Positions 1-13,263 of a stretch of DNA of 64,000 nucleotides are shown one piece after another. A program made the translations under genes and the position numbers. The DNA lies in the NCBI RefSeq assembly GCF_053078305.1, contig NZ_CP166879.1, one strand, 5' to 3'. The stretch's first letter is position 1, and each line of letters begins with the position of its first letter. Under the pieces are notes generated by a model that searched no databases, had not been told where the DNA came from, and saw nothing but the letters and a program-made list of their open reading frames with translations.

Positions 1-520
1 TCTTTCGCTACCAGGCAGCGAGTGGGAAAAAGAAGATTACCTGAACCTCATCGAGCAACTGGATGAAGAAGGTTTTGATGACTTTACCCGCGTGCGTGAG
101 CTGTTGGGTCTGGCGACCGGGTCGGATAACGGTTGGTACACCCTGCGTATCGGTGAATTAAAAGCCATGCTGGCGCTGGCTGGTGGCGATCTGGAACAGG
201 CTCTGGTCTGGACCGAATGGACGATGGAGTTTAACTCATCGGTATTCAGCCCGGAACGCGCCAACTATTATCGCTGCCTGCAAACGTTGTTATTACTGGC
301 ACAGGAAGAAGATCGCCAGCCGCTGCAATATCTGAATGCGTTTGTTCGCATGTACGGCGCAGATGCCGTGGAAGCCGCCAGTGCGGCAATGAGCGGCGAA
401 GCGGCGTTTTATGGCTTGCAACCAGTAGATAGCGATCTGCACGCGTTTGCTGCACATCAGTCGCTGTTGAAGGCCTACGAAAAGCTGCAGCGCGCCAAAG
501 CAGCATTCTGGGCAAAATAA
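1..520 (+). CDS. ycaO: YcaO-family protein, C-terminal part (gene starts upstream of window)
   Basis: Open frame running in from window edge to stop at 520; sits directly upstream of focA-pflB as in E. coli; call by synteny and recalled sequence. Confidence 0.7.
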   Translation, partial: LSLPGSEWEKEDYLNLIEQLDEEGFDDFTRVRELLGLATGSDNGWYTLRIGELKAMLALAGGDLEQALVWTEWTMEFNSSVFSPERANYYRCLQTLLLLAQEEDRQPLQYLNAFVRMYGADAVEAASAAMSGEAAFYGLQPVDSDLHAFAAHQSLLKAYEKLQRAKAAFWAK

Positions 521-925
521 AATCAAATAGCCTACGCAATGTAGGCTTAATGATTCGTCTGAGTTATATTACGGGGCGTTTTTTTAATGCCCCGCTTTAC
601 ATATATTTGCATTAATAAAATAATTGTAATTATAAGGTTAAATATCGGTAATTTGTATTTAATAAATACGATCGATATTGTTACTTTATTCGCCTGGTGC
701 TCCCTTTTAATTAACTGTTTTAGCGGAGGATGCGGAAAAAATTCAACTCATTTGTTAATTTTTAAAATTTATTTTTATTTGGATAATCAAATATTTACTC
801 CGTATTTGCATAAAAACCATGCGAGTTACGGGCCTATAAGCCAGGCGAGATATGATCTATATCAATTTCTCATCTATAATGCTTTGTTAGTATCTCGTCG
901 CCGACTTAATAAAGAGAGAGTTAGT
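521..925 (+). promoter_or_regulatory. AT-rich focA-pflB upstream regulatory/leader region (multiple anaerobic promoters expected)
   Basis: ~400 bp strongly AT-rich non-coding stretch before focA GTG start; known FNR/ArcA-regulated promoter region in E. coli; individual sites not mapped here. Confidence 0.5.
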
Positions 926-1783
926 GTGAAAGCTGACAACCCTTTTGATCTTTTACTTCCTGCTGCAATGGCCAAAGTGGCCGAAGAGGCGGGTGTCTAT
1001 AAAGCAACGAAACATCCGCTTAAGACTTTCTATCTGGCGATTACCGCCGGTGTTTTCATCTCAATCGCATTCGTCTTCTATATCACAGCAACCACTGGCA
1101 CAGGCACAATGCCCTTCGGCATGGCAAAACTGGTTGGCGGCATTTGCTTCTCTCTGGGGCTGATTCTTTGTGTTGTCTGCGGAGCCGATCTCTTTACTTC
1201 CACAGTGTTGATTGTTGTTGCTAAGGCGAGTGGGCGCATCACCTGGGGTCAGTTGGCTAAAAACTGGCTAAATGTCTATTTTGGCAACCTGGTCGGCGCA
1301 CTGCTGTTTGTACTTTTAATGTGGCTTTCCGGCGAGTATATGACCGCAAATGGTCAATGGGGACTAAACGTCCTACAAACCGCCGACCACAAAGTGCACC
1401 ATACTTTTATTGAGGCCGTCTGCCTTGGTATCCTGGCAAACCTGATGGTATGTCTGGCAGTATGGATGAGTTATTCTGGCCGCAGCCTGATGGACAAAGC
1501 GTTTATCATGGTGCTGCCGGTCGCGATGTTTGTTGCCAGCGGTTTTGAGCACAGTATCGCAAACATGTTTATGATCCCGATGGGTATTGTAATCCGCGAC
1601 TTCGCATCTCCGGAATTCTGGACCGCTGTCGGTTCTGCACCGGAAAATTTTTCTCACCTGACCGTGATGAACTTCATCACTGATAACCTGATTCCGGTTA
1701 CGATCGGTAATATTATCGGCGGTGGTTTGTTGGTTGGGTTGACATACTGGGTCATTTACCTGCGTGAAAACGATCACCATTAA
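926..1783 (+). CDS. focA: Formate channel FocA (GTG start)
   Basis: 285-aa membrane protein beginning VKADNPFDLLLPAAMAKVAEEAG; the track ORF 587..1783 is an in-frame upstream extension through the AT-rich leader. Confidence 0.9.
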   Translation: MKADNPFDLLLPAAMAKVAEEAGVYKATKHPLKTFYLAITAGVFISIAFVFYITATTGTGTMPFGMAKLVGGICFSLGLILCVVCGADLFTSTVLIVVAKASGRITWGQLAKNWLNVYFGNLVGALLFVLLMWLSGEYMTANGQWGLNVLQTADHKVHHTFIEAVCLGILANLMVCLAVWMSYSGRSLMDKAFIMVLPVAMFVASGFEHSIANMFMIPMGIVIRDFASPEFWTAVGSAPENFSHLTVMNFITDNLIPVTIGNIIGGGLLVGLTYWVIYLRENDHH

Positions 1784-1837
1784 TGGTTGTCGAAGTACGC
1801 AGTAAATAAAAAATCCACTTAAGAAGGTAGGTGTTAC

Positions 1838-4120
<2,283 letters not shown>

Positions 4121-4162
4121 TTAGATTTGACTGAAATCGTACAGTAAAAAGCGTACAATAAA

Positions 4163-4188
4163 GGCTCCACGAAAGTGGGGCCTTTTTT
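4163..4188 (+). terminator. Rho-independent terminator after pflB
   Basis: GC hairpin ggctccac-gaaa-gtggggcc followed by T-run. Confidence 0.6.
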
Positions 4189-4311
4189 AGCACGAGAGCC
4201 TTTTTTGTCAGCTATCTATACTTTAAGGTGACTGCCAAAACAGACTCGACGTAGCCTTCGAGCTGCGCACCAACACGGCCTCAGATGGGCCACATCTGGA
4301 GAAACACCGCA

Positions 4312-5052
4312 ATGTCAGTTATTGGTCGCATTCACTCCTTTGAATCCTGTGGAACCGTAGACGGCCCAGGTATTCGCTTTATCACCTTTTTCCAGGGCTG
4401 CCTGATGCGCTGCCTGTATTGTCATAACCGCGACACCTGGGACACGCATGGCGGTAAAGAAGTTACCGTTGAAGATTTGATGAAGGAAGTGGTGACCTAT
4501 CGCCACTTTATGAACGCTTCCGGCGGCGGCGTTACCGCATCCGGCGGTGAAGCAATCCTGCAAGCTGAGTTTGTTCGTGACTGGTTCCGCGCCTGTAAAA
4601 AAGAAGGCATTCATACCTGTCTGGATACCAACGGTTTTGTTCGTCGTTACGATCCGGTGATTGATGAACTGCTGGAAGTAACCGACCTGGTAATGCTCGA
4701 TCTCAAACAGATGAACGACGAGATCCACCAAAATCTGGTTGGAGTTTCCAACCACCGCACGCTGGAGTTCGCTAAATATCTGGCGAACAAAAATGTGAAG
4801 GTGTGGATCCGCTACGTTGTTGTCCCAGGCTGGTCTGACGATGACGATTCAGCGCATCGCCTCGGTGAATTTACCCGTGATATGGGTAACGTTGAGAAAA
4901 TCGAACTTCTCCCCTACCACGAACTGGGCAAACACAAATGGGTGGCGATGGGTGAAGAATACAAACTCGATGGTGTTAAACCACCGAAGAAAGAAACTAT
5001 GGAACGCGTGAAAGGCATTCTTGAGCAGTACGGTCATAAGGTAATGTTCTAA
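4312..5052 (+). CDS. pflA: Pyruvate formate-lyase activating enzyme (radical SAM)
   Basis: 246 aa from [23 protein letters not shown]; CxxxCxxC-type radical SAM cysteine cluster ([10 protein letters not shown]); track ORF starts 9 codons upstream. Confidence 0.92.
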   Translation: MSVIGRIHSFESCGTVDGPGIRFITFFQGCLMRCLYCHNRDTWDTHGGKEVTVEDLMKEVVTYRHFMNASGGGVTASGGEAILQAEFVRDWFRACKKEGIHTCLDTNGFVRRYDPVIDELLEVTDLVMLDLKQMNDEIHQNLVGVSNHRTLEFAKYLANKNVKVWIRYVVVPGWSDDDDSAHRLGEFTRDMGNVEKIELLPYHELGKHKWVAMGEEYKLDGVKPPKKETMERVKGILEQYGHKVMF

Positions 5053-5062
5053 TTTCCCCGTA

Positions 5063-5096
5063 AAGCGGCAACTTTATTGAGTTGCCGCTTTTTTAT
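5063..5096 (+). terminator. Rho-independent terminator after pflA
   Basis: Hairpin aagcggcaac...gttgccgctt followed by TTTTTT. Confidence 0.6.
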
Positions 5097-5261
5097 TCCG
5101 CGCTGCATAAATAATTCAGAGCTCTATTTCTCACGCCCTTACAGCACAGCTTCCAAATGTATTACCCAAACCGCCAGTATATGTCCTGCGGCTTGCGCGC
5201 ATTTCTCGATTATGTAAAAACGGGTCAGATCTGCCAGAGTCAGCATCACCGACCACAATAA

Positions 5262-6692
5262 TTATTTACTATTCGCTTTACGCGCCAGCAGCGGGAATAT
5301 CAGTCCTAATCCTACCAGCACAAACGGCGTTGCAACATTCAGCGCCAACTGGAAGGTCCACTCTGCAGTGAAGGCTTCCATTTTCGGGAAGATCCCCGTC
5401 AAACAGGCAAAGGCGGTAAAGGCAAAACACCAAATCCCGACGGTCATTGCCAGAGGCTTATTACGAATAAAGACATATTCTGGTTTATATTTCTGCGCCA
5501 GGCGAACGACTGCAATAAATGCAACAAATACCCATAAATAACGCAGCGGCATCACTACCGAGTTAAGATTCAACAGCCATTTATAGAGATTGTTCATATC
5601 ACCGATGCCGAGAGTCGGCAGCATAATCAGAATTGCCACCAGCACCAGGGTCAGAAAATAGCCATTAACGGGCGTACCAGAAGCGTTGGTACGACATAAA
5701 CTGGCTGGAATATATTTGCTGTCAGCATCACCTAATAGCACTTTAAGCGGGGCATCAATCGAGAATACCAGCGCAGCTACTTGTCCCAGGGTATTCGCAA
5801 TGGCGTAAATCACCATTAAAGTATTACCCATGTTGTAATACTCGCCCAGCTTCTGAAAAGCGTAATATTGACCGTTAGTCATTAAGTCATCCGGGATATT
5901 ACGCGAGTCAAACATCATCCCCATCGCCAGTGAGCCCAGAATGGCACAAACCGCAACCATCACCGCCAAGCATAGCATCCCTTTTGGAAATTCTTTTCCT
6001 GGGTTGCGCGTTTGATTAACGTAAGGAGAAATCTTCTCTGCTCCGCCAACCGCGAAAACCAGCATTGAAATAGTGGTAATGTAGGTAAAGTCGATATGAG
6101 GAATGAACGTTTCCCAGGTAATGTTTGTGGTCGCAATATGCACTTCAGTAATCGCAGGCGCGGTTACCGCCATCGCCACATACAGGAGCGACATAACAAA
6201 CATCGCAATCCCTGCCACAGAACCGACGATTTTCAGCGATTTCATACCGCGTGAAGCAACCCACATAAAGAAGATAAACAGCACCAGCGTTAACCCCTGT
6301 AACGCTACGACTGAATATTCTTTGATTAGCGAACCGTCGCCTTTCATCGCCCAACCGAGCGCAATCAGTATTGCCTGGGGTTTTTGTGCCAGATAGGGAA
6401 TATGCACCACCCAGTAGGTCCACGCGGCGAGGTAAGCCAGTCCGGGTCCCATCGTGTGTTTAATCCAAGTACTGACCCCGCCTTTCCCATCTTTGAAGGT
6501 CGAGCCTAACTGACCAACAATTAGCGCATAAGGTGTGAAATAGAGCGCAAAGATAAACACCCATGAAAAAACAACCACCAGCCCCTGGTTGGCATAGTTA
6601 TTAACAACGTTGCCAAAACCCCAGACAGTGATAAAAGACATCAGCGCAATGTTGTACCATCGCAGCTGTTTTTCCTGAACATTCCCAGCCAT
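5262..6692 (-). CDS. ycaM: Putative amino-acid/polyamine (APC-family) transporter
   Basis: Polytopic membrane protein; likely start MAGNVQEKQLRWYNIALMSF (476 aa); track ORF extends 64 codons upstream. Confidence 0.75.
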   Translation of the reverse strand: MAGNVQEKQLRWYNIALMSFITVWGFGNVVNNYANQGLVVVFSWVFIFALYFTPYALIVGQLGSTFKDGKGGVSTWIKHTMGPGLAYLAAWTYWVVHIPYLAQKPQAILIALGWAMKGDGSLIKEYSVVALQGLTLVLFIFFMWVASRGMKSLKIVGSVAGIAMFVMSLLYVAMAVTAPAITEVHIATTNITWETFIPHIDFTYITTISMLVFAVGGAEKISPYVNQTRNPGKEFPKGMLCLAVMVAVCAILGSLAMGMMFDSRNIPDDLMTNGQYYAFQKLGEYYNMGNTLMVIYAIANTLGQVAALVFSIDAPLKVLLGDADSKYIPASLCRTNASGTPVNGYFLTLVLVAILIMLPTLGIGDMNNLYKWLLNLNSVVMPLRYLWVFVAFIAVVRLAQKYKPEYVFIRNKPLAMTVGIWCFAFTAFACLTGIFPKMEAFTAEWTFQLALNVATPFVLVGLGLIFPLLARKANSK

Positions 6693-6901
6693 AGACAAAT
6701 CCTTCGCCAAAATTAAAGGGGCATCTGTAAAACGAGGGATTATGCGCGGCAAATAAGAAGTGCGGAAATAGCGAAATGCAAAATTATAACCTGCTGCACA
6801 TTTTATTTTTAAACGAATAAAATTTGGAAAAAAGCAAGTCAGATAGAAGAAACAAAAAAGCAGAGTGTGAAACAGTAAGTTCACACTCTGCTTGAATTCA
6901 T

Positions 6902-8050
6902 TTACACGTGAGCAACGGGTTTCGGCGTATGACCGGCGTTGCGAAGCAGCATCAGCAAATAGATAAACGATACGCTGGCGATCATGATAAACAATAAATT
7001 ATCGGAGAAATTCTGCATTAGCATAGCGGTAAATGACGGGCCAAGCAGACTTCCCACGGTATAGCTCAACAGTAAGGCCTGGTTCATCGCCACCAGTTGA
7101 TGATGTTCAACTTTCTCGCAAGCCCAGGCCATCGCCACCGGATATAGCGTAAAGCCAGCGGCACCGAGGATGAATAACGCTGGGGCCATCGCCGCCTGGC
7201 TAAGCATCGCGATACTGCCGAGAATGACGACAAAGACCTGAACACGCAACACCAGCAGTCGACCAAACTTATCCGCCAGACGTCCAATCGGCCATTGTCC
7301 GAGGATACCCGCACTGACCAGTACCGCCATCCAGAAACCAATGCTGGCATTGCTCACCCCTTTGTGATTGAGGTACAACGGCATCAGGCCATATAGAGAT
7401 CCCAGAACGATTCCTGAGATAATGCAGCCATTCACGCCAAGCCGCGCCTGACGGAGTTTTAGCATTGACGTAATTGACGTCGAATCATGGTTTTCAGCCT
7501 GCTGATTCAGGACACGCGTAAACAACAGCGGTAAGATCCCTGCCAACGTCAAACCTGTAACCCACGGCAATACGCTCATCAGCTCGGTTGAGACTTTGCT
7601 GACCAGTAACTGGCCTAAAAACGTTCCCACGTAATAAACCATCATATACGCAGCAAGCAAACGCCCACGGTTACGTGACGTCCCACTGCACATCAGCGCG
7701 CTCTCAACGACTACCCAAATCATGGCACAGCCGACGCCCGCGACAAAACGCCACGCCAACCAGCTCCAGAAACCAATCATCAGGCCAAGGCCGGCACAGC
7801 CAGCGGCAAAAATGAAGGAGGCCAGATAATAGCTGCGGTTAAAGCCAATGCGTTTAATGACATACCCTGTCAGCAATGTACCGACAAGGTTGCCGGTAAA
7901 ATAGGATGAGCTGACAACGCCTACCTGCCATGTGGACATGTGTTCCTGGGCGAGCCAAAGCGGCACGAGTGTATTTAACACCGCGATCGCCAGAGTCAAC
8001 AAAAGCAGGCCAGACAGCAAAAGCATGACAGGCCGGGTATACGTGGACAT
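6902..8050 (-). CDS. ycaD: MFS transporter YcaD
   Basis: 382-aa 12-TM-like protein; synteny between ycaM and ycaC. Confidence 0.8.
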   Translation of the reverse strand: MSTYTRPVMLLLSGLLLLTLAIAVLNTLVPLWLAQEHMSTWQVGVVSSSYFTGNLVGTLLTGYVIKRIGFNRSYYLASFIFAAGCAGLGLMIGFWSWLAWRFVAGVGCAMIWVVVESALMCSGTSRNRGRLLAAYMMVYYVGTFLGQLLVSKVSTELMSVLPWVTGLTLAGILPLLFTRVLNQQAENHDSTSITSMLKLRQARLGVNGCIISGIVLGSLYGLMPLYLNHKGVSNASIGFWMAVLVSAGILGQWPIGRLADKFGRLLVLRVQVFVVILGSIAMLSQAAMAPALFILGAAGFTLYPVAMAWACEKVEHHQLVAMNQALLLSYTVGSLLGPSFTAMLMQNFSDNLLFIMIASVSFIYLLMLLRNAGHTPKPVAHV

Positions 8051-8364
8051 GAATTAAAACCGTGAGGAAGTTCAAATTTCATGCGCATCATGCCACCGCC
8101 AAAAACATTGTCAATGGGTGAAAATACGCGCATATCGCAGCGGCGGTATTATCGATTTATATTACTCATTCATAACGCTAATACTGAAGAGATGATTAAT
8201 CTCATCTGATTGTTTTTATTGATCTAACACAAATTTCATACGCTTCGTTCAGTCGAAAAATTTCATGGTCACAGCAAACTCATATTTCCCGTCTATGCTT
8301 TCAGAGCAATGCATCGCGTCTGACCGATTTCAGACGTACCACTGACTCTCGAAAGGAGAAGAGG

Positions 8365-8991
8365 ATGACCAAACCGTATGTTCGTCTTGATAAAAATGAT
8401 GCTGCCGTTTTGCTTGTTGATCACCAGGCTGGTTTACTTTCCCTTGTACGGGATATCGAACCCGATAAGTTTAAAAATAACGTGCTGGCGCTGGGTGACC
8501 TGGCTAAGTATTTCAACTTACCAACTATTCTTACCACCAGTTTTGAAACCGGTCCTAACGGCCCATTAGTTCCAGAACTGAAAGCACAATTCCCCGATGC
8601 ACCTTACATTGCTCGCCCGGGCAATATTAATGCCTGGGATAACGAAGATTTTGTAAAAGCAGTCAAAGCGACAGGTAAAAAACAGTTAATTATTGCCGGT
8701 GTGGTAACCGAAGTTTGCGTGGCATTCCCGGCGCTTTCAGCCATTGAAGAGGGGTTTGATGTGTTTGTCGTGACTGACGCATCAGGGACCTTTAATGAAA
8801 TTACCCGGCATTCGGCGTGGGATCGCATGTCGCAAGCTGGTGCGCAATTGATGACATGGTTCGGCGTGGCTTGCGAGCTACACCGTGACTGGCGTAATGA
8901 TATTGAAGGACTGGCGACGTTGTTCTCTAACCACATTCCTGATTATCGTAATTTGATGACCAGTTATGACACGTTAACGAAGCAGAAATAA
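8365..8991 (+). CDS. ycaC: Isochorismatase-family hydrolase YcaC
   Basis: 208 aa, MTKPYVRLDKNDAAVLLVDHQAGL...; cysteine-hydrolase fold motifs; RBS aaggagaag upstream. Confidence 0.85.
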   Translation: MTKPYVRLDKNDAAVLLVDHQAGLLSLVRDIEPDKFKNNVLALGDLAKYFNLPTILTTSFETGPNGPLVPELKAQFPDAPYIARPGNINAWDNEDFVKAVKATGKKQLIIAGVVTEVCVAFPALSAIEEGFDVFVVTDASGTFNEITRHSAWDRMSQAGAQLMTWFGVACELHRDWRNDIEGLATLFSNHIPDYRNLMTSYDTLTKQK

Positions 8992-8995
8992 AAGA

Positions 8996-9019
8996 GAACC
9001 GGGGCCGAAACCCCGGTTG
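8996..9019. terminator. Bidirectional terminator between ycaC and dmsC
   Basis: Palindrome aaccggggccgaaaccccggtt between convergent genes. Confidence 0.55.
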
Positions 9020-9026
9020 TTACTGA

Positions 9027-9890
9027 TTAGCTTGCGACGGCCATCCCCACGGTCATATGCAAACCATAGAATACGCCGCGACCGATTAATTCCCCTGCCA
9101 GAAGCAGAATGAATGAGACGGATAGTAGCGGAACCGCAGGCTGATAACCTTTTAGCTGTGGTGCAATCCACAAGCACAGGGCAACGGCCAAAAGCACGAT
9201 CCGCCAGGACATCAGCGCACCATAGTCCGGCACCAGCGCTGCGGCCTGCTGCACAGAACTATGAATAGTCGCCAGCTCTGCGCCCTGCATCACTGACATC
9301 ACGCCACTCACTACCAGTGCAAGTACAGAAATGGCTGGCAGCAGACGCATCGCCCAGCCATCGACGCCAGCCAGACTCAGCAACAGGTAACCCAGTAACG
9401 GGCCGCCCATAAACATTGTCAGGAAGAAGCCCATCGGCGTCCAGATGCTGTACCAGGTCGGAACGGTATCAATGCTGTTATAGACACGCACCATCATCCA
9501 GACAAAGACTACGCCAAGAACCATCGTCACTACCAGCCACAGCGTACGCAATGCCGGTGACAGCTTTTTCAGCATTGCCAGCAACCAGCCGATGCCGCCT
9601 ACAGCAAAAAAGATCGAACCGCTGGCGATTTCGTTACTGAGTGCTGAAGCCCCTACCCGGTTGAGCGAGTTAAAGGCGCGCATCGGTGAACCAAGATGGA
9701 GCATAGAGGCGATAAAGCCAATGCCCATCAGCACCCATAAGCCAAACATGCAGGCGATAACACGCTGCTGGGTTTCTGCTCGCAGGTCGCCTTTGAGCAG
9801 CGCCAAAGCCAGAACGATAAAACCACCCGCCACACATTGCCCGAAGACCGTGAAGATCATCAGCGGCCATTCATGCCATCCACTTCCCAT
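9027..9890 (-). CDS. dmsC: DMSO reductase membrane anchor subunit
   Basis: Hydrophobic 287-aa protein from MGSGWHEWPLMIFTVFGQ; downstream of dmsB. Confidence 0.85.
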   Translation of the reverse strand: MGSGWHEWPLMIFTVFGQCVAGGFIVLALALLKGDLRAETQQRVIACMFGLWVLMGIGFIASMLHLGSPMRAFNSLNRVGASALSNEIASGSIFFAVGGIGWLLAMLKKLSPALRTLWLVVTMVLGVVFVWMMVRVYNSIDTVPTWYSIWTPMGFFLTMFMGGPLLGYLLLSLAGVDGWAMRLLPAISVLALVVSGVMSVMQGAELATIHSSVQQAAALVPDYGALMSWRIVLLAVALCLWIAPQLKGYQPAVPLLSVSFILLLAGELIGRGVFYGLHMTVGMAVAS

Positions 9891-9891
9891 C

Positions 9892-10509
9892 TCACACCTC
9901 CTTCGGGTTTGCCAGATAGCCAGTGGTATCCCCGGTCGGGCGGCTATTGGCATTGGGTTTGATCACAATATTCGGTTTGGTAAAGTGAGCTCGCGGCAAC
10001 GGCGCAACGGCCGCCAGATCGCCATGTTTTTTACGCAGCTCGTCGATAGGGCCGAAATCCAGCGCCCGCAGCGGACAAGATTCAACACAGATCGGCTTTT
10101 TACCCTCCGCAACACGGTCATAACAACCATCGCATTTGGTCATATGGCCTTTCGTTTCGTTATATTGCGGTGCGCCATACGGGCAAGCCATATGGCAGTA
10201 GCGGCAACCAATGCACACATCTTCATCGACCACAACAAAACCATCTTCACGTTTATGCATCGCACCGCTCGGGCAGACTTTAGTACAAGCCGGATCTTCG
10301 CAGTGGTTGCACGAAATCGACAGATAGTAGGCAAACACGTTCTGGTGCCAGACACCGTTATCTTCCTGCCAGTCGCCACCAGCATATTCATAAATGCGGC
10401 GGAAGCTGACTTCTGGTGTCAAATCTTTGTAGTCTTTACAAGCCAGCTCGCAGGTTTTGCAACCGGTGCAACGGCTGGAATCAATAAAAAATCCATACTG
10501 GGTTGTCAT
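9892..10509 (-). CDS. dmsB: DMSO reductase iron-sulfur subunit (4x[4Fe-4S] ferredoxin-like)
   Basis: 205 aa with multiple CxxCxxCxxxCP motifs. Confidence 0.92.
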   Translation of the reverse strand: MTTQYGFFIDSSRCTGCKTCELACKDYKDLTPEVSFRRIYEYAGGDWQEDNGVWHQNVFAYYLSISCNHCEDPACTKVCPSGAMHKREDGFVVVDEDVCIGCRYCHMACPYGAPQYNETKGHMTKCDGCYDRVAEGKKPICVESCPLRALDFGPIDELRKKHGDLAAVAPLPRAHFTKPNIVIKPNANSRPTGDTTGYLANPKEV

Positions 10510-10519
10510 CGGTTACTCC

Positions 10520-12964
10520 TTACACCTTTTCAACCTGAACAAGGTTTGTATGTGACGGATTCCCCTTAGCGAGAGGAGACGGACGTTGAGTGGTCAGTAC
10601 GTTAATACAACCACCCTTATCGACACGTTTTGCATCCGGGTCATACCAGGCACCTTCACCCAGTGCGACCACACCCGGCATCATTCGTGGCGTCACTTTC
10701 GCCTCAATATGAACCTCACCACGATCGTTAAAGATCCTGACTTTATCGCCGTTGTGGATACCGCGTTTTTGGGCATCAAGCGGGTTGATCCACATTTCCT
10801 GACGGCAAGCCGCTTTCAGCACATCAACGTTGCCGTAAGTTGAGTGAACGCGAGATTTATAGTGGAAACCCGTAAGCTGCAGCGGATACTGTTTGTTCAG
10901 CGGATCCTGATAACTTTCAAAGCCCGGCGTGTAGATCGGCAGTGGATCGATCACATCGCCTTCTGGCAATTCCCAGGTAGCGGCAATGTCAGCCAGCGCC
11001 TGCGAATAAATCTCAATTTTGCCCGATGGCGTAGTCAGTGGGTTTGCCTGCGGATCTTCACGGAAGGCTTTATAAGCAACGTGATGCCCTTGTGGGTCGC
11101 GCTTTTTAAAGATCCCCTGCTTGCGGAACTCTTCAAACGTTGGCAGTTCAGGAATCGCTTCCCGCGACTGGGCATACAGATGCCGCATCCACTCTTCCTG
11201 TGTACGACCTTCAGTAAACTGTTGCTCAACGCCAAGACGTTTTGCCAGTTCGCTGGTCATCTCATAGATGGTCTTACATTCAAAGCGCGGTTTAATCACC
11301 TGATCGTTGAAAATCACGTAAGACATATTCCCGCAGGATGCATCCAGCGCAAAGTCCATCTGTTCGGAAGCGGTGCAGTCAGGCAGCAGGATGTCAGCAT
11401 ATTTCGCCGATGAAGTCATGTGGCAGTCGATAACCACAATCAGCTCGCACTTCTTATCATCCTGGAGGATTTCATGGGTACGGTTGATTTCAGAATGCTG
11501 GTTAATCAGGCAGTTACCGGCATAGTTCCAGATCATTTTGATCGGCACATCCAGCTTATCTTTCCCGCGCACACCATCACGCAGCGCCGTCATTTCCGGG
11601 CCACGTTCAATGGCATCGGTCCACATAAACATCGAAATGCTGGTCTGGATCGGGTTTTCCAAGGTCGGCATACGGACAAACGGTAAGCTGTATGAACCTT
11701 CACGCGCGCCGCTGTTCCCTCCATTAATACCAACGTTACCGGTCAGAATCGCCAGCATCGAGATAGCGCGAGTCGCGATTTCGCCGTTGGCGTGGCGCTG
11801 CGGCCCCCATCCCTGGCTGATAAACGCCGGTTTGGTACTGCCGATTTCACGAGCCAGTTTGATGATTTTGTCTGCCGGAACACCGGTGATTTGCGAGGCC
11901 CATTCCGGTGTTTTAGCCACGCCATCTGGCCCTTCACCCAGAATATAAGCTTTATAGTGGCCATTTTTCGGCGCACTGGCTGGCAGGGTTTTCTCGTCAT
12001 AGCCAACGCAATATTTATCGAGGAATGCCTGATCCACCAGGTTTTCGGTGATCATGACATACGCCAGACCGTTAACCAGTGCGGCATCTGTTCCTGGACG
12101 AATAGGGATCCACTCATCTTCGCGCCCGGCACCGGTGTCGGTATAGCGCGGATCGATGATGATCATGCGGGCATTAGATTTCTGGCGTGCCTGTTCAAGA
12201 TAGTAAGTCACCCCACCGCCACTCATTCGCGTTTCGCCAGGGTTATTACCAAACAGCACTACCAGCTTACTGTTTTCGATATCCGACGGGCTGTTGCCAT
12301 CTGCCCAGCCGCCGTAGGTATAGTTCAGACCTTCCGCAATTTGCGCGGAAGAGTAGTCACCGTAATGGTTCAGATAACCGCCGCAGCAGTTCATCAGCCG
12401 CGCGACCAGGGTATTTCCCGGCGGCCAGGAGCGGGTCATGGTGCCACCCAGCGTACCGGTGCCATAGTTAAGATAGATGGATTCGTTGCCGTACTCTTTG
12501 ATCAGGCGCTGCATATTGGTCGCGATGATGTCGTAGGCTTCTTCCCAGCTAATGCGCTCGAATTTGCCTTCACCGCGCGCCCCGACTCGTTTCATCGGAT
12601 ATTTCAGGCGGTCCGGATTATAGACACGGCGACGCATGGAACGCCCACGCAAACAGGCGCGAACCTGGTGCAGGCCGTCGTAATTGTCATCGCCGGTATT
12701 GTCCGTTTCGACATATTTGATTTCACCGTCCACGACGTGCATACGTAGCGGGCAGCGACTACCACAGTTAACTGTACAGGCGCTCCAGATAACCTTTTCG
12801 TCTGATTTTGTTGGAATGGCGCTATCGACAGCGTGCGCAATCCGACTAAAAGGTAATGTTAATGCGCTGCTGGCCATTGCCAGGCCGCCGATCGCTGTCG
12901 TTTTTACCAAACCACGGCGACTCACCTCAGCAGCCAATACCGCATCAGGGATTTTCGTTTTCAT
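10520..12964 (-). CDS. dmsA: DMSO reductase catalytic molybdopterin subunit (Tat signal)
   Basis: 814 aa; N-terminal twin-arginine signal (SRRGLVKTTAIGGLAMA); molybdopterin oxidoreductase motifs. Confidence 0.93.
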   Translation of the reverse strand: MKTKIPDAVLAAEVSRRGLVKTTAIGGLAMASSALTLPFSRIAHAVDSAIPTKSDEKVIWSACTVNCGSRCPLRMHVVDGEIKYVETDNTGDDNYDGLHQVRACLRGRSMRRRVYNPDRLKYPMKRVGARGEGKFERISWEEAYDIIATNMQRLIKEYGNESIYLNYGTGTLGGTMTRSWPPGNTLVARLMNCCGGYLNHYGDYSSAQIAEGLNYTYGGWADGNSPSDIENSKLVVLFGNNPGETRMSGGGVTYYLEQARQKSNARMIIIDPRYTDTGAGREDEWIPIRPGTDAALVNGLAYVMITENLVDQAFLDKYCVGYDEKTLPASAPKNGHYKAYILGEGPDGVAKTPEWASQITGVPADKIIKLAREIGSTKPAFISQGWGPQRHANGEIATRAISMLAILTGNVGINGGNSGAREGSYSLPFVRMPTLENPIQTSISMFMWTDAIERGPEMTALRDGVRGKDKLDVPIKMIWNYAGNCLINQHSEINRTHEILQDDKKCELIVVIDCHMTSSAKYADILLPDCTASEQMDFALDASCGNMSYVIFNDQVIKPRFECKTIYEMTSELAKRLGVEQQFTEGRTQEEWMRHLYAQSREAIPELPTFEEFRKQGIFKKRDPQGHHVAYKAFREDPQANPLTTPSGKIEIYSQALADIAATWELPEGDVIDPLPIYTPGFESYQDPLNKQYPLQLTGFHYKSRVHSTYGNVDVLKAACRQEMWINPLDAQKRGIHNGDKVRIFNDRGEVHIEAKVTPRMMPGVVALGEGAWYDPDAKRVDKGGCINVLTTQRPSPLAKGNPSHTNLVQVEKV

Positions 12965-13263
12965 AATGGCTCACTCAAGCTTGCTCACGATTGATTCCAG
13001 TAACAAACCGTATTGTGTAATTATTTCTATAGCAGATCGCTATATAGGCTTGTATACATCGAATAATTTGAAAATCAAAGAGATAGGTAGATTTTCACTC
13101 GAAAGTAGTATTACGTGTAAGTGAGGAGTAATTATTGTTCGGTATCAAAGGGAGACAAAAAAAGCGCCCGCAGGAGGTTTAACGCTACTTACTCCCCTTG
13201 ATGATTTGCTTATTTTTCAATGAGTAAATCAAAACAAGGGGAGCAAATAAGCACAAGTTACAA

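Noticed and set aside
587-925. Upstream extension of the focA ORF through the AT-rich leader (track ORF 587..1783)
   Set aside because: Known FocA begins at the GTG (VKADNPF); the extension reads through AT-rich promoter DNA with implausible composition.
10586-12748. Several plus-strand ORFs (85-318 aa) inside dmsA
   Set aside because: All antisense to the well-supported dmsA coding sequence; low-complexity translations.
13100-13263. Candidate attL core next to the integrase 3' end, including an inverted repeat ccccttg...caagggg and an 8-mer cccgcagg shared with the serS-proximal end
   Set aside because: Shared matches are too short (8-9 bp) to distinguish from chance, and no convincing direct repeat with the right end was found by eye; att remains unassigned.
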